Source: Candidatus Multivoradales bacterium
Lineage (GTDB): Bacteria; Acidobacteriota; Thermoanaerobaculia; Multivoradales; JAHEKO01
Assembly: GCA_965223855.1 (NCBI GenBank)
Contig: CBDCXM010000009.1
Span: forward strand, 2,016,001 to 2,080,000
Length of the DNA stretch: 64,000 nucleotides
Direction: 5' to 3'
The first letter of the stretch is position 1; the number at the start of each line of letters is the position of its first letter. Below, one piece after another: positions 45,601 to 55,139 of the stretch. The notes under the pieces are model-generated. The model was not told where the DNA came from and did not search any database. It saw only the letters and a list, made by a program, of their open reading frames with translations. Both the position numbers and the translations under genes were made by a program.

Positions 45601-46877
45601 GTTTCCTCCGGAAGGCCCCCGCCGGCCAGGGCGGCGAGCGGATGCAGGCCCCCGTTATGCCAGAGGGCGTCGGCCGACTGCAACTCGCCGGGGGGTGCGA
45701 CGCGCGACAGGCCGAGCGCCTCGAGCGCGGGAGCGAGCTCCCAGGCGTTCTTCCCGGCGAGCGCGGCTCCCTGGAGACGGGGAGCGTGCGGCTGCAACAA
45801 GTCCGGGATCGAGGAGAGGTCGCTCACCGGCTGGATGCGCACCGTCCTGAGGCCGGGAGACGGTGCGAACCCCGGTAGCGGCTCGACGAGGACGGTACCG
45901 GCGACGAGGTCGAGTGGCGGTTGGTAGAGGCCGCGCAGACGGGCGTCGATCCGCACCTGCTGGACCGCTGCGGCGGTCACCGGCTCGACCTCGCCCGGCG
46001 GCCAGGCGGCTGCCTGCAACTCGAGCGCCGAAGCGAGCCGGTCGGCGACCTCGCGAGCCGGGCCGTCGGTGTAGACCGCCTGCACACAGAGGCAGCCGCG
46101 CTGATCGAAGAGCGCGATGTCGGCCGCAAGGCCGGCGAAGACGTCGTCCTCGAAGGCCTCGGAACCGACGACCGCGACGCTCGCCCTGGGGCCGAACGGC
46201 AGTAGACGGTTGCCGCAGCGTTCCCTCAGGTCGTCGATCGCGGCGGCGTTGCCGTAGGCGAGGACGAGTGCCGAGCTTTCGAGGACGCCCGGTTCGAGTG
46301 TGTCGTCGCCGCCGGGCCAGGTGACCGCCGCCAGCTCACCCTCCAGTGCCGGCAGCCGCTGGAGGAGACGATCGACGAAGACGGGAGCGAACAGCGGCTC
46401 GGAACTCGGCGACTTGAGCAGCACCGGCCGACGCAGGGCGAGCGCCGGGAGCAACGGCTGGACGAACAGTGCCGGCAGGTTGCCCGCGAGCACCACCGTC
46501 GCCAGACCCCGGCGCCCGTCGACGGGTGGGGAGGAGAGGATCTCCCGAGCCGGCTCTCCGGTAACACCGCCGAGGACCGCCTCGAGAGCGGCGTCGAGCC
46601 CGGAAGCCGACAGCCCGCATAGCCGCCGCAACGCCGGCCGGAGGGCGATCGACACGGGGGATCGTGGATCCCGGAACTCCTCGACCGTCCCGAGCCAGGC
46701 GTCGAGGAGCGCGGCGCCGTCGACCGTCGAAGGCTGCTGCGAGCGTCGATCGAGGGACGCGGCAAGGCGGGCCAGCTCGGCCGCACTCCAGCGGGCCGAG
46801 GTGTAGGCGACCCCGTTTCGCTCCACGAGGGTGGCGGCGGGGCAGAAGGACGGGGGGAGTCGTGCGTCGTGGAGCAA
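45597..46877 (-). CDS. Acyl-CoA reductase (LuxC family)
   Basis: LAGNLP, LKSPS, AYG, FGPRAS and FDQRGC (catalytic Cys) motifs. Confidence 0.85.
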   Translation of the reverse strand: MLHDARLPPSFCPAATLVERNGVAYTSARWSAAELARLAASLDRRSQQPSTVDGAALLDAWLGTVEEFRDPRSPVSIALRPALRRLCGLSASGLDAALEAVLGGVTGEPAREILSSPPVDGRRGLATVVLAGNLPALFVQPLLPALALRRPVLLKSPSSEPLFAPVFVDRLLQRLPALEGELAAVTWPGGDDTLEPGVLESSALVLAYGNAAAIDDLRERCGNRLLPFGPRASVAVVGSEAFEDDVFAGLAADIALFDQRGCLCVQAVYTDGPAREVADRLASALELQAAAWPPGEVEPVTAAAVQQVRIDARLRGLYQPPLDLVAGTVLVEPLPGFAPSPGLRTVRIQPVSDLSSIPDLLQPHAPRLQGAALAGKNAWELAPALEALGLSRVAPPGELQSADALWHNGGLHPLAALAGGGLPEET

Positions 46878-46890
46878 GTGGAGGCTCGCG

Positions 46891-47922
46891 CTAGTCGGCG
46901 AGCGCTGCGCTCAGCAGTGAGCAGCCCCGCAGCTCCGCCCCCCGCGCCCTGCCGACGAGTTCGAAACCGCCGTCGACGATGCGTCCGAGGTCCTGGGTGA
47001 GCACGTGGAGCGCCGAGCCGACGTTGGCGAGATCGAAGATCGCCAGGAGCCCCGGTTCGCCGTTCTCCACCGGTGCGAGCGACACCGGATCGAGCGCCCG
47101 GACGCGGACCCAGGCAGGTGGTTCGAAGGGCGACGACCCGGGCGCCGAGTAGCAGTGGCTCGTCAGCTCGGTCATCCCGTACTCCTGAACGAAGGCGGAC
47201 GCATCGAGCCCCAGCCTCGCGCTCAGATCGGCGGCGACTTGCGCCCGGTCGATCGCCCGCCCGAGTCCCTTGCTGCCGCCGGTCTCGAAGACGGTCGTCC
47301 CGGGCGGCAGGCGGAAGGTGACGCCGAGGCGTTTCAGGCCGTCGGCCATCTGGTCGAGGGCGAGGGTCGTGCCGAGAACGAGTGCGGCGCGCCCGTCCCG
47401 CTGGCGTGTGCCACAGAAGCCCCTCACCTCGGCGGCGCGCACACCTCCTGGACCGACCGCGTAGCGGCTACCGGGGCCGCTGAACAGCCGGTAGGCATGG
47501 TCGATCATGAAGGCGAGACTCGAGTTCGGGGCGGTCTCGCGATCCGGGATCAGCGAGAGCATCGGCGGGGCCGGTCCGACGCCGGCGAGGCACGCCTGCG
47601 GGAACGTCGCCTCGACCACCGCGCGGTAGAGATCGGGGAACGGATGCCGGTGAATGGAGGGAGTGGCTGCGTCCGTCGTTCCGGAGCTGTGGAACTCCTC
47701 CACCGAAGGGGCCACGGCAAGGTCGAGGGTCTTGAAAGACAGGGCCGGGACCATCGGCACCGACTCCCAACCGTCGATGCCGGAGTCGATGCCCGCCGAT
47801 GCGGCGAGTCGCCGCAGCGGCGCGGAACGCTCGTGCTGAAAGGCCCAGGCTTCAGCGACGAGGGTTTGGAAGTCGTCGTCACGGTCGCCTCGAATCCAGC
47901 GCTCGATCCGCTCGACGACCAT
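46891..47922 (-). CDS. Acyl-protein synthetase (LuxE family)
   Basis: FHSSGTT, ETGGSKG, EYGMTELTS, TQDLG and C-terminal RGCS motifs. Confidence 0.85.
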   Translation of the reverse strand: MVVERIERWIRGDRDDDFQTLVAEAWAFQHERSAPLRRLAASAGIDSGIDGWESVPMVPALSFKTLDLAVAPSVEEFHSSGTTDAATPSIHRHPFPDLYRAVVEATFPQACLAGVGPAPPMLSLIPDRETAPNSSLAFMIDHAYRLFSGPGSRYAVGPGGVRAAEVRGFCGTRQRDGRAALVLGTTLALDQMADGLKRLGVTFRLPPGTTVFETGGSKGLGRAIDRAQVAADLSARLGLDASAFVQEYGMTELTSHCYSAPGSSPFEPPAWVRVRALDPVSLAPVENGEPGLLAIFDLANVGSALHVLTQDLGRIVDGGFELVGRARGAELRGCSLLSAALAD

Positions 47923-48042
47923 GGGGCGATTGTGCCACGCACGGGGCGGTGTCCGGCACGCCTTTGCGTCGTCCGGCGTCGCCGCTTCCCTCTGCTACAG
48001 TTGCCTCGCTTTCGACTGGCAAGGCGAACCGGGAGGCGTGGG

Positions 48043-48423
48043 ATGAGCGAGTTCCCCTACAAGAAGAAGATCGAGATCGACAAGCCGGGTCGGCCCCGTC
48101 CGCCCAAGCAGACGGCAGTCATCGAGCAGATCGGCTGTACCGGATGCGAGGCGTGCATCTCGTTCTGTCCGGTCGATTGCATCGAGATCGTCCCCGGCCC
48201 CGTTTACCCCGAGATGCACAAGCTCGTCGAAGTCGATCTCGAGCGCTGCATCGGATGCCAGCTCTGCGCCCGCTACTGCCCGTGGGAGACGATCGACATG
48301 TGGTCGTGGGAGGAGGGGGTCGAAGTGGCACCGTCGCTCACCGTGAGGTCGCTCATCTACGACTACGAGCCGGAGCAGATGCACGAGGCGGCCGAGCCCC
48401 GTGTCGGGCCGGTCGGTGTTTGA
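48043..48423 (+). CDS. 2[4Fe-4S] ferredoxin
   Basis: CTGCEACISFCP and CIGCQLCARYCP; GGAGG SD. Confidence 0.92.
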   Translation: MSEFPYKKKIEIDKPGRPRPPKQTAVIEQIGCTGCEACISFCPVDCIEIVPGPVYPEMHKLVEVDLERCIGCQLCARYCPWETIDMWSWEEGVEVAPSLTVRSLIYDYEPEQMHEAAEPRVGPVGV

Positions 48424-48629
48424 GCCCGGGTCTGAACCCGGTGTCTGAACCCGCCCCCGGTTTCGACCCCGAGCTTGACGCCGCCCTCAAGAAGGTGCTC
48501 GCGGTGATCTACAAAGAGCACCCGTTGAGCCCCAACCAGATCCTCGTTCTCGCGTCGGAGCTCCAGCGACTGGGCGTCCACCGGCTGGTGGAGGAGCACC
48601 TGCGCAAGTACAGCCTCCGCCAGGAGTAG
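48420..48629 (+). CDS. Small hypothetical protein
   Basis: TTGA overlap with the ferredoxin stop (alternative GTG at 48441); helical 62-69 aa product. Confidence 0.6.
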   Translation: MSPGLNPVSEPAPGFDPELDAALKKVLAVIYKEHPLSPNQILVLASELQRLGVHRLVEEHLRKYSLRQE

Positions 48630-48632
48630 ACG

Positions 48633-49388
48633 CTGGTTCCTGGCGCCTGGCTGCTGTTCGCGGGTGCCGGCCTGGGACTGGTCGGAGCACTGCTCGGCGT
48701 CGGCGGGGGAGTGCTGCTGGTCCCCGTCCTCAACCTCGGCTTCGGCTGGCCGCTCCGGGAGGCGATCGGCACCAGCCTCGTCGTCGTCACGGGTACGGCG
48801 ATCGCGGCGTCTGCCGGCTACCTGCGGCGCGGGCTCGCTTCGGTTCGCCTGGCGATGGGGCTCGAAGTCGGCGCCCTCCTGGGAGCGATCGCAGCTTCGC
48901 TGGCGGCCCCCCTCGTGCCGGTGCCGGTGTTGGCGCGAGCGTTCGCGGTCGCCCTCGTGTGGGCGGCACTCCTGCTGTGGTGGCGCGGTCGAGAGGTGAG
49001 CGCGACCGGGACGGAAGTTCTGCCGGCCTCCCGCTCGCGCCGGCGGCTCGCCTTCGCGACGACGCCGATCGCCGGCCTCGCCTCCGGCTGGCTCGGCGTC
49101 GGCGGCGGGCTCTTCCAGGTGCCGATTCTCCGACTGATCCTGGGGGTCGACATGAAGCGCGCCGTGGCCACCTCGACCCTGACCGTCGGCTGGACCGCTG
49201 CGGTGGCGGCCGTCTTCTACTGGCGTCGTGGCTGGGTCGACATCGGCTCGCTGCCGTGGTTGCTGGCGGGAACGCTCGCCGGCGGTGCACTGGCGCCCGT
49301 GCTCGTCAGGCGGGTGCCACAGCGCTCGCTCGAGCTCGCCTTCTCCCTCGTTCTCGTCTGGGCGGCCGTCAGGATGGCGCTCTCTTGA
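48633..49388 (+). CDS. Sulfite exporter TauE/SafE family protein
   Basis: Two GxGGG repeats (LLGVGGG, WLGVGGG), AIGTS and AVATS. The first repeat lies upstream of the first ATG/GTG, so a CTG start is inferred. Confidence 0.85.
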   Translation: MVPGAWLLFAGAGLGLVGALLGVGGGVLLVPVLNLGFGWPLREAIGTSLVVVTGTAIAASAGYLRRGLASVRLAMGLEVGALLGAIAASLAAPLVPVPVLARAFAVALVWAALLLWWRGREVSATGTEVLPASRSRRRLAFATTPIAGLASGWLGVGGGLFQVPILRLILGVDMKRAVATSTLTVGWTAAVAAVFYWRRGWVDIGSLPWLLAGTLAGGALAPVLVRRVPQRSLELAFSLVLVWAAVRMALS

Positions 49389-49401
49389 GGCTCGCTCTCC
49401 C

Positions 49402-49641
49402 GTGAAGACCGACCGCTGGGACGCGGCCCCGCTCCCGATCGCAGGCCTCGTCGCCTGGTTGTGCCTGTGCGCCGCCGCGGTCGGAGTTGCGGGGATGGAG
49501 TGGCTAGGCCTGTCGCTGCTCTTTGCCGCCCCCTGGTGGCTCGTCGTCCGGAGGGTCTGGAGTGCCTCGTCGTGGAGCGACCGCCGGCTGCCGCTGCTGC
49601 TGGCGGCGATCGCGACGATCGCGCTCGTCATGGGGCCCTGA
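49402..49641 (+). CDS. Small membrane protein (TauE-associated, DUF1634-like position)
   Basis: 79-aa hydrophobic ORF directly after the TauE gene. Confidence 0.5.
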   Translation: MKTDRWDAAPLPIAGLVAWLCLCAAAVGVAGMEWLGLSLLFAAPWWLVVRRVWSASSWSDRRLPLLLAAIATIALVMGP

Positions 49642-49691
49642 GGTCGGGATACTGAAACCGTGGGGTGCCCAGGACGGGGCGCGACCCGGCC

Positions 49692-52115
49692 TCAGCCGAA
49701 GAAGCGCCGGCTGGTTTCACCGGGCGGGCCGACGAGCTCCCTCGGATCGCCGCCGGGGGCCCATTCGCCCGGGAGATGGTCGCGATACGGCGGCTCGAGG
49801 AAGCGCTCGTCGAGGAGCGCGATCACACCGGTGTCCTCCGCTGATCGGATGAGCCGGCCGACCGCCTGGACGACGCGGGTCATGCCCGGAACGACGAAGG
49901 CGTACTCGAAGCCGCGCTCGTACTGCTCCTGGTAGTAGCGCTTGAGAAGCTCGCGTTCGAGGCTGACGGCGGGCAGGCAGGGCCCGACGACCGCCACACC
50001 CTTGAGCATTTCGCCCGGATAGTCGACCCCTTCGGCGAACACTCCGCCGGCGACCGCCAGCAGCAGGACGTCGCCGGCGAGGCCCGAGCGGAGTTGCTCG
50101 AGGATCAGTTCGCGCTGGCGGTCGCCGTCGGCGCGCGACTGGACGAGCACCCTCTTTCCGGCGACGCGGAGCTCACGACCGACCTCATCGAGAAACTGGT
50201 AACTGGGGAAGAGCGCGAGGCAGTTGCCGGGAACGCCGGCGGCGAAGGTCGCGAGGCTCTCGGCGATGCGGCCGTAGTTCTCCGGGCGGCGTTTCCATGT
50301 CGTCGCGATCGAGTCGTCGATCACGACGGCTCGGTTCTCGGCCGGGAACGGGCTCGGCACCTCGATCGAGTGGAAGCGCTCGGGGTCGAAGCCCAACAGG
50401 TCGCGATAGAACTCGACCGGCGACAGGGTGGCGGAAAGGCCGATGGTCGAGTGGGTGCGCGCAAAGAGCGCGCCGAGGAAGCGACTCGGGTCCTTGCACA
50501 GGATGCGCAGCGAGCCGCCGTCGCGGCGCCGCTCGGCGTAGCGGCTGAACGCCTCGGAGTCGGAGAGCACGAGGCAGTTGAGGAAGCGGAGGAAGTCGAA
50601 GTAGAGCGCCACGAAGAGATCGTTGGCGCGGAAGGTCGAGGTCTCCTTGCGGTGCTCGAGGTAGTCGATGAACGTCTCGTCGAACTCGACACGCAGAGCG
50701 AACAGGTCGTCCTCCGGGAGCACCGTCTCGGCGGCGCGGGCGTTGCCTCCGACGTCCTCGAGAGCCAGCTCGGTCGTCGTCTCGATCAGCGCCGTGAGCC
50801 TGTGGGCCAGCGCTACGATGCGGCGCTCGACGCTCGAGGCGCCCGCCATCGAGGCGGCGACCTCGGAGGCCTGCCGCGAGGTGAGTCGCGGGCTGTAGTA
50901 GCCGCGACCGCGCTCCACCAGATTGTGGATCTCGTCGATCACGAGCACGACGTTCGACAGATCGTTGTCGCCGCCGAAGTCGGACAGGCCGACATAGGGA
51001 TCGAAGGCGTAGTTGTAGTCGCACACGACCACCTGCGCTTCGCGCGAAAGCTCCAGGCTGACTTCGAACGGGCAGACCTCCGCCGCCTCGGCGGCCTCGA
51101 ACACCAGATCCGGCAGCAGGCTGGTGTGGGCGCCCAGCGTCTGGCGGACGATGTGCGAGCTCTGCACCTTGGCGTAGTAGTCGCGGGCGTAGGGGCAGTA
51201 CTCCTCGTGGCACAGCACCTCGTGATGGGCGCACATCTTCGACTTGGCCCGCAACTGGAGGGAGTGGAAGGCCGACTCCTGGTTGAGCAGCTCGAGCACC
51301 GTCGTCGCCATCGTCTGCTGCAGCGTCTTGGCCGTGAGGACGAACACCCGCTTGTCGTGCGCCAGGGCGTGACGGACGGCGGGATAGAGAGCGGCGGCGG
51401 TCTTGCCGATTCCGGTCGGCGCCTCGACGAGCAGGTGAGAGCCCTGTTCCAGCGCCTCGTCGATCGCCTCGACGATGCCCGCCTGTCCGGGCCGCATCTC
51501 GGGGTACGGGAAGCGCAGTCGCTCGGCGGCGCCGCGTCGCTCCGCGAGGACCGCTCCCTTGCGCTCGTACTCGCCGATCCACTGACCGATGCGGCGCCGC
51601 ACCTCCAGATCGACGGCGGCGAAATCGAACTCGACCGCCTGCCGTTCGAGCGACTCGCTGCCGATCTCGATCAGCACCAGCTCGGCGCGCAGGTCAGGCG
51701 GGGCTTCACCGCCGTCGTCCCCTGACTCCTGCCGTGCCAGGAGCCATGCATAGAGCCGGGCCTGCTGAGCGTAGAGCGCCCGGACGGCGGGGGAGAGCGA
51801 CCCTTCGCGCCGTACCGACTTGATCTCCTCGACGACGAGCGCACCCTCCTCCTTGCGCAGTCCGTCGGCGCGCCCCTGGACCGTCACCTCCCAGCCGCGA
51901 TGGCGGACGGTCGTCGTCAAAGCCACCTCGCGGCGGTAGGTGGGATCGCTCCCGAGAGCGTGCTCCTGGTATCGGGAGTGGATCGCCTGCCCCAGCCACA
52001 TGCGCTCGTAGCCGCCGCGGTTCGAGAAGCCGAGACTGCGAGCGAGCTTCCTGTCGAGCAGGTCGGCGACGGCGAGTTCGAGGGTGAACCGCTCTCCATC
52101 GAATCGCGGCGCCAT
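49692..52115 (-). CDS. XPD/DinG family Fe-S helicase with N-terminal PD-(D/E)XK nuclease domain
   Basis: GQAIH…GRADG…EEIKS…QARLY; APTGIGKT, DEIHN, four Fe-S Cys and QAVGRLIR. Confidence 0.9.
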   Translation of the reverse strand: MAPRFDGERFTLELAVADLLDRKLARSLGFSNRGGYERMWLGQAIHSRYQEHALGSDPTYRREVALTTTVRHRGWEVTVQGRADGLRKEEGALVVEEIKSVRREGSLSPAVRALYAQQARLYAWLLARQESGDDGGEAPPDLRAELVLIEIGSESLERQAVEFDFAAVDLEVRRRIGQWIGEYERKGAVLAERRGAAERLRFPYPEMRPGQAGIVEAIDEALEQGSHLLVEAPTGIGKTAAALYPAVRHALAHDKRVFVLTAKTLQQTMATTVLELLNQESAFHSLQLRAKSKMCAHHEVLCHEEYCPYARDYYAKVQSSHIVRQTLGAHTSLLPDLVFEAAEAAEVCPFEVSLELSREAQVVVCDYNYAFDPYVGLSDFGGDNDLSNVVLVIDEIHNLVERGRGYYSPRLTSRQASEVAASMAGASSVERRIVALAHRLTALIETTTELALEDVGGNARAAETVLPEDDLFALRVEFDETFIDYLEHRKETSTFRANDLFVALYFDFLRFLNCLVLSDSEAFSRYAERRRDGGSLRILCKDPSRFLGALFARTHSTIGLSATLSPVEFYRDLLGFDPERFHSIEVPSPFPAENRAVVIDDSIATTWKRRPENYGRIAESLATFAAGVPGNCLALFPSYQFLDEVGRELRVAGKRVLVQSRADGDRQRELILEQLRSGLAGDVLLLAVAGGVFAEGVDYPGEMLKGVAVVGPCLPAVSLERELLKRYYQEQYERGFEYAFVVPGMTRVVQAVGRLIRSAEDTGVIALLDERFLEPPYRDHLPGEWAPGGDPRELVGPPGETSRRFFG

Positions 52116-52189
52116 GGCGGGAGTCTACCGGCAGCCCGGGCTCGACGCCGCGCAAGGCGGCGCAGGAGGCCGAGCTAGAATCCTGTGCC

Positions 52190-54112
52190 GTGATCCGCCT
52201 GCGCACGGCCGCACTCGTCGTCGGCCTCGCCGCTCTGGCGGTGGCGCTGCAGTCGGCCGCCGCCTTCCCTCCGACCTGGGCCGCCGCCGGTCGCCTGGCG
52301 GGCTTCGCCGTGGCGCTCGCCTTCGTCGCCTTGGGGTTGGCGGGTTGGGGGTCTCTGGTGGCGGTGCGGCTCGGAGAGGCGACGGCGGAGCTGCGGTTCG
52401 CCTGCGGGCTGACGGTGGTCGGAAGCGTCCTCGGTGCTCTAGCGAGAGTGTGGGTGCCGGGGAGGCTCGCGACCGTGGCACTGCTGGCGGTCGGCTGCCT
52501 CGTCCTGCTGTGGCTGCGCTCGCGCGCGCGCCCGGCGGCGAGATTCGACTGGAGCGCCGGGCCCTGGAGCCTGACGCTGCCCTTCGTTCTCCCGGCGCTG
52601 CTGCTCGCGCTGGCGCCGCCGATCTCGCTCGACGCGCTCGTCTACCACCTGACGGTGCCGCGCCAGGCACTGCTCGACGGTGCGATCACCGAAATGCCGT
52701 GGAGCGTCCACACCGCGCTCGCGCGGCTGATGGAGGGGATCTTCGGCCTCACTCTCGCCCTCGAGCCCTGGGGGATCCTCGCCCAGCTGCTGAGCCTGTC
52801 GTGTGCCGTGGCGACCTGCATGGCGTTGGCGCGGCTGGGCGACCGGATCTGGGGGACGAGCGCGGGCGTCTGGGCGGCGGTCCTGGTGATCTCGATGCCG
52901 GCGCTGACGGTCGTGGCGGGCTGGGCGTGGACCGATTGGGGAGTGATGTTGCTCGCGGCGCTCGCCGTCGACCGGTGGTGGCGCTTCGCCGAAGGAGGTG
53001 ACGAACGCCACCTGCTGGCGGCGGGCCTGCTGGTCGGTGCGGCCGCCGCGGTCAAGTACACCGCTCTGCCGCTGCTGGTCCTGCCGCTGCTGGCCCGGTT
53101 CGACGGCGCCACCTGGCGCCAGAGCCTGCGATCGCTGGCGCTCGCCCTGGTGCCGGCGCTGCCGTGGACCGTCCACAACCTGTCAGCTCACCGCAACCCG
53201 CTCTACCCGCTCTTCACCGAGGTGGCGTCGGAACTCGGGCTCTACCGTGGCGAGGCGGGTCTGCTGGCGCGTCTCCGCGGCTACTTCGGCCGACCGGATC
53301 TTTTGGACGAGAGCCTCGGTGTGGTGCTGTTCCCGGCTCTGGTGCTGGCGCTCGTGTTGAGGGTCGCACCCTGGAAGCGACACCGGACGCTCTACCTGCA
53401 GGGCGGTCTGTTCGCCCTCGCCGGGCTGGTGTTTCATCCGACCGTCCGCAGCTTCGCGCCGGCGCTGGTGATCGTCTGCCTGCTGGGAGGCGGCGGCATC
53501 GCGGCCGGCGCCGACGCCCTGGCGCGGCGCGGAACGCTGCGTCGGCTGGCGACCGCTGCCCTCGCCCTCGGCCTCGCGATCAACTTCCTGCAGGTGCTGT
53601 GGATCTTCGAGCGCTACGCGCCGGTGAGTGCCGCGGTCGGCTTCGAGGCCGAGGAGGACTATCTGAGGAGCGGACAGGACTACTACTCGAGCTTCGAGCG
53701 CATCGAACGGCATACACCGCCGGGGAGCGGTGTGCTGGTGGTCGGCGAGAGCAGGGTCTTTCACCTCGACCGGCCGGTGCTGGCGGGGAGCTACCTCGAC
53801 CCGCTCCCCATCCATTTCCTGCGCTCTGGAGAGTGCGATGTCGATTGCCTGGCGGAGGCCTTGCGCGGGCGTGGGATCTCGACGGTCTTCGTGCGGCGCG
53901 ACCGGCTGGTCGTCGATGATGGTGGCCCGGCCGGCACCGACGAGCTGCGCTTCCGCGTCGACCACGACGACCTGCAGGCGCTGACGGAATTGCTCGGTCG
54001 CTACGGGCGTAAGGTCCACCAGCAGGGGCCGATCGAGCTGTGGGCTCTCTCATCGAGGCTGAACGAGGTCGCGCCGGATCGGCCCCAACTCGGCGTTCCT
54101 GCCGCCGACTGA
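52190..54112 (+). CDS. GT-C fold (ArnT/PMT-like) integral membrane glycosyltransferase
   Basis: Many TMs; DALVYHL, AVKYTA and NPLYP motifs; C-terminal soluble domain. Confidence 0.7.
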   Translation: MIRLRTAALVVGLAALAVALQSAAAFPPTWAAAGRLAGFAVALAFVALGLAGWGSLVAVRLGEATAELRFACGLTVVGSVLGALARVWVPGRLATVALLAVGCLVLLWLRSRARPAARFDWSAGPWSLTLPFVLPALLLALAPPISLDALVYHLTVPRQALLDGAITEMPWSVHTALARLMEGIFGLTLALEPWGILAQLLSLSCAVATCMALARLGDRIWGTSAGVWAAVLVISMPALTVVAGWAWTDWGVMLLAALAVDRWWRFAEGGDERHLLAAGLLVGAAAAVKYTALPLLVLPLLARFDGATWRQSLRSLALALVPALPWTVHNLSAHRNPLYPLFTEVASELGLYRGEAGLLARLRGYFGRPDLLDESLGVVLFPALVLALVLRVAPWKRHRTLYLQGGLFALAGLVFHPTVRSFAPALVIVCLLGGGGIAAGADALARRGTLRRLATAALALGLAINFLQVLWIFERYAPVSAAVGFEAEEDYLRSGQDYYSSFERIERHTPPGSGVLVVGESRVFHLDRPVLAGSYLDPLPIHFLRSGECDVDCLAEALRGRGISTVFVRRDRLVVDDGGPAGTDELRFRVDHDDLQALTELLGRYGRKVHQQGPIELWALSSRLNEVAPDRPQLGVPAAD

Positions 54113-54143
54113 CAAAGAATCTGATGTGGGATAGCCTGACCTC

Positions 54144-55139
54144 GTGACCAACGGACCGCGAACGGTGATCGACCTGCCGCAGATGCCGAAGCTGCCGCGA
54201 CTCCCGAGTGGGGCGCTGCAGGTCGGTGTCCTGCTCCTTCTCGCTGTCGTCCTCGTCGTCTCCAGCGTCTACACGATCGACCCGGAAGAGGTCGGCGTGG
54301 TGATGCGCTTCGGGCGCTATCTCAAGACGACCGAGCCCGGGCTTCACTTCAAGCTGCCGTTCGGCGTCGATCGGATGATCCCCGTGCCGGTGCAGCGTCA
54401 GTTGAAGCAGGAGTTCGGCTTCCGGACCGTGACCGCCGGGATTCGAAGTCAGTTTCGCAAGGAGCCGAGCGAGTCCAACATGCTCACCGGCGACCTCAAT
54501 GCCGCCGTGGTCGAGTGGGTGGTGCAGTACCGGGTCGACGATCCGTACAAGTACCTCTTCCGGGTGCGCGGCGTCGAGACGACGCTGCAGGATCTCTCCG
54601 AGGCGGTGATGCGGCTGGTCGTCGGCGACCGGACGGTCGATGAAGTGCTCACCGTCGGCCGCCAGGAAGTCGCCGATCTCGTCGAACAGCGGCTGCAGGA
54701 TCTGTGCTCGCAGTACGAGATGGGGATCAAGATCGAGCAGGTCGTGCTGCAGGACGTCACACCGCCCGACCCGGTCAAGCCCTCGTTCAACGAGGTCAAC
54801 CAGGCGGAGCAGGAGCGCGAGACGCTCATCAATCAGGCGCAGTCGGAGTACAACAAGGTGATCTTTCGCGCTCGAGGCGAGGCGCAGCAGACGATCGAGC
54901 AGGCCGAGGGGTATGCGATCGACCGCGTGAACCGAGCCGAGGGCGAGGCGGAGCGTTTCGACACCATCTACTCCGAGTACCGCAAGGCGCCCCAGGTGAC
55001 GCGGCGCCGCCTCTACCTCGAGACGATGAGTGAAGTGCTGCCGGCGATGGGCAGCAAGGTCGTCGTCGACGAGGAGCTGGAGGGCATCCTGCCTTTGCTC
55101 AATCTGAATGCCGGCGGCACGGGAGGGGGCTCCCAATGA
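54144..55139 (+). CDS. hflK: FtsH protease modulator HflK
   Basis: SPFH domain; MLTGDLN, A.GEA..F and RLYLETM motifs. Confidence 0.93.
   Translation: MTNGPRTVIDLPQMPKLPRLPSGALQVGVLLLLAVVLVVSSVYTIDPEEVGVVMRFGRYLKTTEPGLHFKLPFGVDRMIPVPVQRQLKQEFGFRTVTAGIRSQFRKEPSESNMLTGDLNAAVVEWVVQYRVDDPYKYLFRVRGVETTLQDLSEAVMRLVVGDRTVDEVLTVGRQEVADLVEQRLQDLCSQYEMGIKIEQVVLQDVTPPDPVKPSFNEVNQAEQERETLINQAQSEYNKVIFRARGEAQQTIEQAEGYAIDRVNRAEGEAERFDTIYSEYRKAPQVTRRRLYLETMSEVLPAMGSKVVVDEELEGILPLLNLNAGGTGGGSQ

Noticed and set aside
45597-47922. Bioluminescence operon
   Set aside because: No luciferase luxA/luxB or luxD in the window.
48425-48453. 12-nt tandem duplication (…GTCTGAACCCG) at the start of the small ORF
   Set aside because: Only two in-frame copies; no evidence of a target-site duplication or array.
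49692-52115. Type IV CRISPR CasDinG or Cas4 locus
   Set aside because: No repeat-spacer array or other cas genes are seen.
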